The notes: a model not told the origin generated them from the sequence alone. A stretch of 45,659 nucleotides of DNA from an uncultured Candidatus Saccharibacteria bacterium (GCA_964550395.1 CAZJYW010000001.1:1-45659); one strand, 5' to 3'. Positions 18,534 to 25,408 are shown, numbered from the stretch's first letter. Translations and numbers: made by a program.

Positions 18534-18594
18534 ATTCGTAAATATTCGTCCTAGACCCGTTCGTCCCGAAAGGGACGGACTAAGGCAATTCGTA
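18534..18594 (+). repeat. Small hairpin element flanked by 7-bp direct repeats (pilM-pilN intergenic)
   Basis: ATTCGTA occurs at 18534-18540 and again at 18588-18594. The two copies bracket a GC-rich hairpin, CGTCCC-GAAA-GGGACG (18562-18577), which extends to about 9 bp. Confidence 0.6.
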
Positions 18595-18599
18595 GGGTT

Positions 18600-19148
18600 A
18601 TGATAAATCTCTTACCTTTACCAGAAAAAAAGATTCTCCAGGAAGAAAAAAAATTGAAACTAATTTTAATTTTAGGAATCTTAGTTTTGATTTTCTTAAT
18701 TTGTTTGATTTTGATTTTATTTTCAATAAAGATTTTTATTTCTGGTCAAGCTGAATCCCAAAAAATTTTTCTAAGTCAAGAAGAAAAAAATTTTAAAGAG
18801 TCTCAAATTCAAAACTTGGAAGAAAAAATCCTTAGCTCTGAGAGAGCTCTTATTAACCTGGACTCTTTTTATCAAGGCCAGCCTAATCTAACTGAAATTT
18901 TAGGAAAAATTTCTGAAACTCTTCCTTCCGATGTTTATATCACTACTCTTAACTTCGCCCCGTTAGTCAGTGAACATTTAACAGGGCAGATTTCGTTTTC
19001 TGGTTTTTCTCCTACACGAGAAATTTTATTAGAGTTTAAACAAAATCTGGAGCAAGAAGAACTTTTCGTAGAAATCTATCTTCCACCATCCATCTGGGTT
19101 AAATCAACTGATATTGATTTTTCTGGAAATTTTAAAATTAGAAAATGA
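18600..19148 (+). CDS. pilN: PilN-like pilus assembly protein
   Basis: N-terminal MINLLPLPEKK (the INLLP motif typical of PilN), one TM helix and a coiled coil. Confidence 0.7.
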   Translation: MINLLPLPEKKILQEEKKLKLILILGILVLIFLICLILILFSIKIFISGQAESQKIFLSQEEKNFKESQIQNLEEKILSSERALINLDSFYQGQPNLTEILGKISETLPSDVYITTLNFAPLVSEHLTGQISFSGFSPTREILLEFKQNLEQEELFVEIYLPPSIWVKSTDIDFSGNFKIRK

Positions 19149-19669
19149 CCCTAAAAAATAAAATCAATTTATCTTTAATAATTTTCATTGTTTTAAGCGT
19201 TTGCTTAATTGTTTTGGTAATTTACCCTCTTTTTAAAGAAATAAAAAATAGTTCCGAAGAATTAGTTTCTGAAAAACAAAAACTGTTTTCTTTAGAGAGA
19301 AAAATTGAAAATCTAAAAGAATTTCAAACTCTTTGGCTAAAAATAGAACCAAATTTAAAGAAAATTGACCAATTATTCATTGATCCTCAGGTACCCGTAG
19401 AATTTGTTAATTTTTTAGAAAAGATTGCTAAAGATAGTGAGATTTTGATTGAGATTTCTTCAGCTCTATCTAGCAAAACAGAAAAAGACCCCTGGTCTTC
19501 TCTTCTTTTGCAAATCAACTCTACTGCTCCTTTTTCTAAATTTTTAAAGTTCCTGGAAAAAATAGAAGCCAGTCCTTATTTAATTGAAATTCAAAATTTA
19601 AACGCAAGAGGGCTGATTGAAGGTGATACTGGAATTACTCTTTCGATAAAGGTTTATACCAGCCAATGA
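19145..19669 (+). CDS. PilO-like pilus assembly protein
   Basis: Single N-terminal TM helix plus a coiled coil. The call rests on position after pilN and a 4-nt ATGA overlap. No strong motif was seen. Confidence 0.45.
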   Translation: MTLKNKINLSLIIFIVLSVCLIVLVIYPLFKEIKNSSEELVSEKQKLFSLERKIENLKEFQTLWLKIEPNLKKIDQLFIDPQVPVEFVNFLEKIAKDSEILIEISSALSSKTEKDPWSSLLLQINSTAPFSKFLKFLEKIEASPYLIEIQNLNARGLIEGDTGITLSIKVYTSQ

Positions 19670-20208
19670 AAATTCCAAAATTAAAATTGAAAAAAGTCAC
19701 AGACTTTCTTAAAAAACTGCCCAGGATTTCGGGAGAGCATAGTTCCTTAACTTTTTTTGGGTTTTTACTGATAGCTTTAATTCTGGGCGGCTTTGTTTTT
19801 TATCAATATAGTTTTTTGGCTGAAAAAGAAAAACCCGAAGCTTTTCAACCATTGAAATTTAAAGAAAAAACTTACGAAGCCGTTTTAAAAACTTGGCAAG
19901 AGAAAGAAAAAAGATTGAAAGAGACCGATTCAAAAGAACATCCTGACCCCTTCCTAATAATAAAAGAAGAAATAGGAGAGAAAGAGGAATTGCCACATCC
20001 TGAGTCAGGGGCAGAAGAAACTCAAGAAATTTCTGAAACAGAACTCTATATTATTTCGAAAGGAGAAACCTTATGGGAACTGGCCGAGAAGTATTTAGGT
20101 TCTGGAGAAAGATGGAGAGAAATAAAAAACGAAAGCGGTCAACCCTTTACTGAAAGTAGCGCAGAAGTCATACCAATCGGCCAAAAATTAATTATTCCCA
20201 AAAAATAA
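19666..20208 (+). CDS. Membrane-anchored LysM domain protein
   Basis: One TM helix and a C-terminal LysM-like segment (YIISKGETLWELAEKYLGSGERWREI...IPIGQKLIIP). It overlaps the upstream gene by 4 nt. Confidence 0.7.
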   Translation: MKIPKLKLKKVTDFLKKLPRISGEHSSLTFFGFLLIALILGGFVFYQYSFLAEKEKPEAFQPLKFKEKTYEAVLKTWQEKEKRLKETDSKEHPDPFLIIKEEIGEKEELPHPESGAEETQEISETELYIISKGETLWELAEKYLGSGERWREIKNESGQPFTESSAEVIPIGQKLIIPKK

Positions 20209-20213
20209 AAAGA

Positions 20214-20242
20214 TTGACTAAATAACTTATTTTAGGTATAAC
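20214..20242 (+). promoter_or_regulatory. Sigma70-like promoter for the tRNA-Arg/tRNA-His pair
   Basis: TTGACT (20214-20219), 17-nt spacer, TATAAC (20237-20242). The tRNA starts 13 nt downstream. Confidence 0.55.
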
Positions 20243-20255
20243 AAAAAGGTTAAAC

Positions 20256-20327
20256 GCCCCTGTAGTTCAATGGAAAGAACACGGGCCCTCTAAGCCTGTG
20301 ATATAGGTTCGACTCCTGTCAGGGGCA
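20256..20327 (+). tRNA. tRNA-Arg (anticodon UCU) with C at position 33
   Basis: Acceptor GCCCCTG/CAGGGGC. Anticodon arm CGGGC-CCTCTAA-GCCTG. T-arm ATAGG-TTCGACT-CCTGT. Confidence 0.75.
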
Positions 20328-20330
20328 CGT

Positions 20331-20402
20331 GGTGGCTATAGTGTAATGGCAGCACTAGAGTTTGTGGAGCTCTCAGAGGCGGTTCGAGTCCGCTTAGCCA
20401 CC
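20331..20402 (+). tRNA. tRNA-His (anticodon GUG) with encoded G-1
   Basis: G-1 pairs with C73. Acceptor GTGGCTA/TAGCCAC. Anticodon arm AGAGT-TTGTGGA-GCTCT. Confidence 0.85.
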
Positions 20403-20417
20403 TGTCAAAAACCAAGA

Positions 20418-20440
20418 AATCGCCTTAGGGGCGGTTTTTT
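20418..20440 (+). terminator. Rho-independent terminator after tRNA-His
   Basis: ATCGCC-TTAGG-GGCGGT hairpin plus TTTTTT. It is directly followed by TGGTAGGAT (an extended -10-like box) 7 nt before the ATG at 20456. Confidence 0.65.
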
Positions 20441-20455
20441 GGTAGGATAATTTTA

Positions 20456-20914
20456 ATGAAAAAGAAACTCCTATTAACCGTTTTTTTATCTGTAATTTTA
20501 TTCTTAATATTCATAATAATTTTATTTTCTTTTCATCAAAAAAATAAAAGCCAAGTTTGTTTTAAAGATAATTGTTTTACCGTTGAATTAGCGATGACCA
20601 CTCAAGAACGAACCCGAGGTTTGATGCTTAGAGAAAGGTTAGATTTAGATAAAGGCATGCTTTTTATTTTTGAAAATGAAGGAGAATATTCTTTTTGGAT
20701 GAAAAATACTTTAATACATTTGGATATAATCTGGATTAATAAAAATAAAGAAGTGGTTTTTATCAGTAAAAATACTCAATCATGCAAGGCTGATCCATGT
20801 CCCACTATTAATCCCGATAAAAAAGCACAGTATGTTTTAGAATTAAACGGAGGAGTAACAGATAAAATTGGTTTAGATATTGGAGATAAAATTGTTTTCG
20901 ACACAGAATTTTAA
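20456..20914 (+). CDS. DUF192 (COG1430) family protein with N-terminal TM or signal sequence
   Basis: Motifs typical of DUF192: ERTRGLMLRE, GMLFIF, FWMKNTLIHLDIIWI and YVLELNGG. Confidence 0.8.
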   Translation: MKKKLLLTVFLSVILFLIFIIILFSFHQKNKSQVCFKDNCFTVELAMTTQERTRGLMLRERLDLDKGMLFIFENEGEYSFWMKNTLIHLDIIWINKNKEVVFISKNTQSCKADPCPTINPDKKAQYVLELNGGVTDKIGLDIGDKIVFDTEF

Positions 20915-20933
20915 AATTATTTTTGGTTTTAAA

Positions 20934-20958
20934 AGAATCGCCATTCAGGCGGTTTTTG
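20934..20958 (+). terminator. Rho-independent terminator after the DUF192 gene
   Basis: ATCGCC-ATTCA-GGCGGT hairpin plus TTTTT. It is a paralog of 20418-20440 and is followed by TGGTAGAAT (extended -10), GAGGAG and the ATG at 20974. Confidence 0.65.
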
Positions 20959-20973
20959 GTAGAATGAGGAGAT

Positions 20974-21246
20974 ATGAAGAAATTTTTAAAAGAAACAAGT
21001 GGACTTGCGATTTTTGGTTTTTTTCTCGCAGTTTGTTGTTTTTCAATGCCCTTTATTGAAACCTTTATTATCAAGCACTCTTTTTTTCCTTGTGAGGTGG
21101 TGATGTATGGCGGTGGTGCCGCCGCATTAATGGGAATAATAGCTTTATTTTATATAAGAAAAACTGGTCTTAAGGGGAGATGGTTTGCAATTTTAGCAGT
21201 TGTTCTAGGAGTTTTTGAATTTTTTGTTCTTGGCGTATGTATATAA
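20974..21246 (+). CDS. Small integral membrane protein (90 aa, 3 predicted TM helices)
   Basis: The ORF has a Shine-Dalgarno-like GAGGAG upstream and a hydrophobic profile. No recognisable family. Confidence 0.55.
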   Translation: MKKFLKETSGLAIFGFFLAVCCFSMPFIETFIIKHSFFPCEVVMYGGGAAALMGIIALFYIRKTGLKGRWFAILAVVLGVFEFFVLGVCI

Positions 21247-21282
21247 ACAGGTTCGAACATCGTTTGCTAGACCACCCAAACA

Positions 21283-21308
21283 AAAAACAGCTTTTTGAAG
21301 CTGTTTTT
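21283..21308. terminator. Bidirectional terminator between convergent genes
   Basis: AAAAACAGC-TTTTTGAA-GCTGTTTTT, with A and T runs on both sides. Confidence 0.7.
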
Positions 21309-21326
21309 CAAAATACTCATTCTACT

Positions 21327-22385
21327 TTACTTCTTTTCTTCCAATTTCGCTTTTAAGATTATTTTTTTTCCTTCTCTTAAAACTTTTAATTTAATTTCTT
21401 CCCCAATTTTTAATTTTTGTAAAATATTATCCAGGGGATCTTTCACTGTAATTTTTTCGCTATTGCATTCCAAAATTATGTCATATTCTTTTAATCCGGC
21501 TTTGTCAGCGGTACTTCCTTTAATTACTGCTGATTCTCCTAAAGTTTCCCTGACAATTAAAGCTCCACAATCTACTGGTAATTTATTTTTCTCAGCAATC
21601 ATTTTATTTAAAAGGACATACCGTACCCCTAAAAATGGTCTTCTAATTTTTCCATATTTTTTAACTTCTTCTAAGTCCTTTTTAGCATAGTTAATAGGAA
21701 TAGCAAAGCCAATATTTTGAGCTCCCATAACCATAGCCGTATTAATGCCAATCACTTTTCCTTCCATATTTACCAAAGGTCCTCCGGAATTCCCCGGGTT
21801 AATGGCAGCATCGGTTTGAATTAACCCCCGCAATTGGGCAACTCTGTCAGCTAAACCAGAAAAGGCAGCAATTGCCCTGCTCATTCCTGAAATAATCCCG
21901 GAACTTACAGTGTCATGAAATTCTCCCAAAGCATTTCCGACGGCGACCACCTCTTCTCCCAATTCAATTTTATCTGAGTTGCCTAATTCCAGATAAGGTA
22001 AATCTTTTGCGTTTATTTTTAAAATGGCAATATCACTAATTGGATCCCTGGAAATCACTTTGGCTGGATATTTTTTAGTCGGTTCTAAAATAACGGTATA
22101 ATTTGCCTCGGGATCAGCTACTACGTGGCTGCTAGTAATAATATAACCATCGGGAGCAATAACAAAACCCGAACCTCCCCCAATTTTTGTCTTCTCTTTC
22201 CCTTTTTTAATTTTTGGGATAAAAAACTCTTGACCGCCAAAAGGAAAAAAATAAAAACCCCCTACCTTGGGTAGGTCTCTGGAAATAACGATAGTAATTA
22301 CGGCTGGACAAACTTTTTTTGCCACTTCAATAATCGGCGATTTCTCCATACAACCTAATTTTAGCATAAAAAATCTTGTCAACAA
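21327..22385 (-). CDS. htrA: HtrA/DegP-family serine protease (trypsin-like domain plus PDZ)
   Basis: Catalytic-triad contexts TSSHVV, DIAILKI and GNSGGPL, with a C-terminal PDZ-like domain. The true start is probably the internal ATG at 22349 (MEKSPII). Confidence 0.88.
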   Translation of the reverse strand: MLTRFFMLKLGCMEKSPIIEVAKKVCPAVITIVISRDLPKVGGFYFFPFGGQEFFIPKIKKGKEKTKIGGGSGFVIAPDGYIITSSHVVADPEANYTVILEPTKKYPAKVISRDPISDIAILKINAKDLPYLELGNSDKIELGEEVVAVGNALGEFHDTVSSGIISGMSRAIAAFSGLADRVAQLRGLIQTDAAINPGNSGGPLVNMEGKVIGINTAMVMGAQNIGFAIPINYAKKDLEEVKKYGKIRRPFLGVRYVLLNKMIAEKNKLPVDCGALIVRETLGESAVIKGSTADKAGLKEYDIILECNSEKITVKDPLDNILQKLKIGEEIKLKVLREGKKIILKAKLEEKK

Positions 22386-22433
22386 GTGAAAAATTTGCTA
22401 TCCTTACACTAGAAATTAAAAATTATTGTTATT

Positions 22434-22506
22434 GCCCCTGTAGCTCAATGGATTAGAGTAGGTTCCTCCTAAGGACAAGATATAGGTTCGACTCCTATCA
22501 GGGGCA
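22434..22506 (+). tRNA. tRNA-Arg (anticodon CCU)
   Basis: Acceptor GCCCCTG/CAGGGGC. Anticodon loop CTCCTAA. T-arm ATAGG-TTCGACT-CCTAT. Confidence 0.8.
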
Positions 22507-22510
22507 CAAG

Positions 22511-22581
22511 GGGCCCGTGGTATAGTGGTAACACACGTCCATGGCATGGATGAGTCCGGGGTTCGAGTCCCCGCGGGTCCA
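22511..22581 (+). tRNA. tRNA-Ala (anticodon GGC)
   Basis: Acceptor GGGCCCG/CGGGTCC carrying the G3:U70 identity pair. Anticodon arm CGTCC-ATGGCAT-GGATG. Confidence 0.8.
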
Positions 22582-22665
22582 CATGAAAATTGCCATTCTG
22601 GAGCTAGGCACTTTCCCCGAAAAGGCAGTTGAAAATTTAATAAAATTATTCTAAACTGGAGGGTT

Positions 22666-22751
22666 GGAGGAGTGACAGAATGGTTATTGTACCAGTCCCG
22701 AAAACTGGGGCCCGAAAGGGCTTGCAGGTTCGAGTCCTGCCTCCTCCGCCA
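22666..22751 (+). tRNA. tRNA-Ser (anticodon CGA), long variable arm, CCA encoded, C at position 33
   Basis: Acceptor GGAGGAG/CTCCTCC. Anticodon arm CCAGT-CCCGAAA-ACTGG. Variable arm GGCCCGAAAGGGC. Confidence 0.8.
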
Positions 22752-22820
22752 TGTTCAATGAATTAAAATTCATTTCACCTCTCGTAAATTTATAATTTAC
22801 TTCGATGTTAAAATTTTTCA
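22751..22820 (+). promoter_or_regulatory. Promoter/operator/start cassette, copy 2 (upstream of the DUF4446 gene)
   Basis: ATGTTCAATGAATTaaAATTCATTTCA...TATAAT...TTCGATGTTAAAATTT. The TATAAT ends 10 nt before the ATG at 22805. It is a paralog of 17374-17445. Confidence 0.55.
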
Positions 22821-23251
22821 AAAAAAGGAAAAAGGAACCGGAAAATTTTAAGGAGATTTTAGCTTATTTTAAGGATTTGGAAAAAAACTTTGAAAAGATT
22901 TCGGAAGAATTAGAAAATTTGAAAAAAGAAAGTCAGTTTTCTATTCAGAAAATCGGCCTAGTTAGATTTAACCCATTTAAAGAAATTGGTGGAGACCAAA
23001 GTTTTTCAGTTGCTTTGTTAGACGACAATGATTCGGGAATTGTTATTACCAGTTTATATACCAGGGAAGGTAACCGAGTTTATGGAAAGCCAATCGAGAG
23101 GGGTTTATCCAAATATTTATTATCAGAGGAAGAGAACCAAGCCCTGGAAATAGCCAAAAAAAATGCCGAAAACAACCAAAAAAAACTTAACCCGCCTGAC
23201 GGCGAGGCAGGTCACCCGACCACCGGTGGTGGTGGTGCTTGGGCACATTGA
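22805..23251 (+). CDS. DUF4446 family protein
   Basis: N-terminal coiled coil, then IGLVRFNPFKEIGGDQSFSVALLDDNDSGIVITSLYTREGNRVYGKPI, which is typical of DUF4446. The last 89 nt overlap infB, so the 3' end is uncertain. Confidence 0.7.
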   Translation: MLKFFKKRKKEPENFKEILAYFKDLEKNFEKISEELENLKKESQFSIQKIGLVRFNPFKEIGGDQSFSVALLDDNDSGIVITSLYTREGNRVYGKPIERGLSKYLLSEEENQALEIAKKNAENNQKKLNPPDGEAGHPTTGGGGAWAH

Positions 23252-24749
23252 CCATGGGAAAACGGCTCTCCTGGACCAGATTAGAAAAACCCACGTTGCA
23301 GAAAAAGAAACTGGCGGCATTACCCAGCATATCGGAGCTTATCAAATTGTTGAAGGTGATAAAAAAATAACTTTTATTGATACTCCTGGTCACGAAGCCT
23401 TTTCGGCAATGCGCTCCCGAGGTAGCAAAATAGCTGACTTGGCTATTTTAGTAGTGGATTCCTCGGAAGGAGTAAAAGCTCAAACTAAAGAGGCGATTTC
23501 TCATATTAAAAAATCAGGAATTCCAATAATTGTTGCCTTAAACAAAATTGATAAACCCGAAGCTAATCCAGAAAAAGCTAAAAGGGAACTGGCTCAGGAA
23601 GATGTTGTGGTTGAATCGCTGGACGGGAAAACTCCTTCAATTGAAATTTCGGCTCTCACTGGCCAGGGAATTCCTGAGCTCTTAGAATTGATATTATTAG
23701 TGGCCGAAATGGAAAATTTGAAAGTAGAGCTTATTAAGAAAGCGGAAGGAGTAGTAATCGAATCTTATTTAGACCGTTTAAGAGGGCCAACGGCTACTTT
23801 GCTCATTACCGAGGGAGTTTTAAAACAAGGTGATATTTTGGGTACTTTTTCTACCTTTGGGAAAATAAAAAAATTAGAAAACTTTCAAGGTTGCTCTATT
23901 GAAAAAGCCTTGCCTTCAGATCCGGCTGTTGTCATCGGGTTTGAAGATGTTCCTAAAGTTGGGGAAAATTTTAAAGTTTTTCCGGATTTGGAAACGGCTA
24001 AAAACTATCTTAAAATCCCAGCAAAAAAAGCTCCTGAAGTTTTATCCCCCACCGAGGTTCCTCTGGCAGAGGGCATAGACCAAAAGGTTTTAAATCTAAT
24101 TTTAAAAACCGACGTTTTTGGCTCAATTGAAGCCATTGAGGAAGTTTTAAATAATCTTCCCCAAGAGAGAGTGGTTTTAAGAATTTTAAAATCGGAAGCA
24201 GGGGAGATAAATGAGGGGGACATTAAGTTAATTAAAGGGGGTCGGGAGTCGATGAGGGCGAGGTCTTCATCTCCACCTTCGCTACCTTCGGTGGCTCGGT
24301 CATTAATTTTTGGCTTCCGGGTAAAAATCAATCCAACAGCCAAAATACTAGCCGAAAGAGAGAAAATTAAAATAATGACCTTTGACGTAATTTATGATTT
24401 AGTGGAGGGAGTTCGCAAATTTATGGAAAAAGAGCTTCGACCAGAGAAGGTTCGAACCGATTTGGGGAAAGTTAAAACTTCAGCAATTTTTCTTATAGAA
24501 AAAAATCGCCAGATTGTTGGAGGAAAAGTGATTGAAGGAGAAGTTAAAAAAGGAGCTTCGATTGAAATTTTTCGGGAAGAAAACCTTATTGGTAAAGGGA
24601 AGTTGGTCAATCTCCAGAAAAACAAAAAAGATGTCGATAGAGTTCCGAAAGGGGAGGAGTGCGGACTCCTTTACGAAGGTGATACCAGAATTGAAGAGGG
24701 GGATACATTAGCGATTTATCAAGAAGAAAGAAGGAAGAGTGAGCTGTAA
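23163..24749 (+). CDS. infB: Translation initiation factor IF-2 (short N-terminus) carrying an in-frame repeat insertion
   Basis: G-domain motifs GHIDHGKT, DTPGH and NKID. The C-terminal beta-barrel domains are present. An extra 20 aa (RESMRARSSSPPSLPSVARS) is encoded at 24243-24301. Confidence 0.92.
   Translation: MPKTTKKNLTRLTARQVTRPPVVVVLGHIDHGKTALLDQIRKTHVAEKETGGITQHIGAYQIVEGDKKITFIDTPGHEAFSAMRSRGSKIADLAILVVDSSEGVKAQTKEAISHIKKSGIPIIVALNKIDKPEANPEKAKRELAQEDVVVESLDGKTPSIEISALTGQGIPELLELILLVAEMENLKVELIKKAEGVVIESYLDRLRGPTATLLITEGVLKQGDILGTFSTFGKIKKLENFQGCSIEKALPSDPAVVIGFEDVPKVGENFKVFPDLETAKNYLKIPAKKAPEVLSPTEVPLAEGIDQKVLNLILKTDVFGSIEAIEEVLNNLPQERVVLRILKSEAGEINEGDIKLIKGGRESMRARSSSPPSLPSVARSLIFGFRVKINPTAKILAEREKIKIMTFDVIYDLVEGVRKFMEKELRPEKVRTDLGKVKTSAIFLIEKNRQIVGGKVIEGEVKKGASIEIFREENLIGKGKLVNLQKNKKDVDRVPKGEECGLLYEGDTRIEEGDTLAIYQEERRKSEL
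24243..24301 (-). repeat. GC-rich two-hairpin repeat element, copy C, in frame inside infB (inverted orientation)
   Basis: GTCGATGAGGGCGAGGTCTTCATCTCCACCTTCGCTACCTTCGGTGGCTCGGTC is the reverse complement of the element at 38578-38630, with a few substitutions. Confidence 0.85.
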
Positions 24750-24751
24750 AA

Positions 24752-25093
24752 ATGTCTAAGCGTATTCAACGGGTCAATCAATTAATAAAAAAGGAGATAT
24801 CCCAAATTCTTTTGCGAGAAGTAGAATTTAATTCGGGGGTTTTAATAACCGTGACTAGAGTAGAGAGTGCGGTTGACCTAAGTCAGGCTAAAATTTATAT
24901 AAGCTGTCTGCCCGAAGAGAAAACTTCAAAAGTTTTTCAAATCTTGAATCGACAGATTTATGAATTACAAAAAAAATTGAATCATCGTTTGCGAATGAGG
25001 CCAATCCCCCGAATTAAATTTATCGAAGAGAAAGAAACTAAAGAGGCGGGCCGGGTCGAAGAAATTTTAGAAAAGCTGAAATTAAAGAAATAA
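24752..25093 (+). CDS. rbfA: Ribosome-binding factor A
   Basis: 113 aa. N-terminal RIQRVNQLIKKEISQIL is typical of RbfA. The gene directly follows infB, which is the conserved order. Confidence 0.88.
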   Translation: MSKRIQRVNQLIKKEISQILLREVEFNSGVLITVTRVESAVDLSQAKIYISCLPEEKTSKVFQILNRQIYELQKKLNHRLRMRPIPRIKFIEEKETKEAGRVEEILEKLKLKK

Positions 25094-25095
25094 AT

Positions 25096-25136
25096 TTCTT
25101 CTCCACCTTCGCCCCACTGTGGCGGGGATCGGTAAT
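25096..25136 (-). repeat. Partial or variant copy (D) of the two-hairpin element, just after the rbfA stop
   Basis: TCTCCACCTTCGCC is shared with copy C, followed by a different GC-rich segment (CCACTGTGGCGGGGATCGG). Confidence 0.55.
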
Positions 25137-25206
25137 TGAAGAGATTTTAGAGAAAATTAAAAAAGATGGTTGGAAAACTGGTGAAAAATTGCTAAGATAA
25201 TTTGAC

Positions 25207-25278
25207 GGCGGCGTGGCGAAATAGAAACGCGGCAGTCTGCAAAACTGCTATACGTGGGTGCGATCCCCACCGCCGCCT
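25207..25278 (+). tRNA. tRNA-Cys (anticodon GCA) with non-canonical D-loop and T-loop
   Basis: Acceptor GGCGGCG/CGCCGCC with discriminator U73. Anticodon arm GCAGT-CTGCAAA-ACTGC. The D-loop AAATAGAAA lacks GG and the T-loop is TGCGATC. Confidence 0.75.
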
Positions 25279-25287
25279 CAAAATTTT

Positions 25288-25370
25288 GCCCGGGTGGCGG
25301 AATGGCTTACGCACAACACTTAAAATGTTGCGGTCTTACGACCATGTGGGTTCGAGTCCCACCCCGGGCA
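25288..25370 (+). tRNA. tRNA-Leu (anticodon UAA)
   Basis: Acceptor GCCCGGG/CCCGGGC. Anticodon arm CAACA-CTTAAAA-TGTTG. Long variable arm. Confidence 0.85.
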
Positions 25371-25378
25371 CTAAAAAA

Positions 25379-25408
25379 CAGCCCGCGCGTCGCGCGGGCT
25401 GTTTGATT
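25379..25408. terminator. Strong GC hairpin terminator (likely bidirectional)
   Basis: CAGCCCGCGC-GTC-GCGCGGGCTG flanked by an upstream A-run and downstream TTTGATTT. It lies between the tRNA pair and the convergent 3D-domain gene. Confidence 0.75.

Noticed and set aside
21295-21690. A 131-aa plus-strand ORF antisense to the htrA-like gene.
   Set aside because: The opposite strand encodes a protease with an intact catalytic triad and a PDZ domain. The plus-strand translation is low-complexity and Phe/Leu/Ser-rich.
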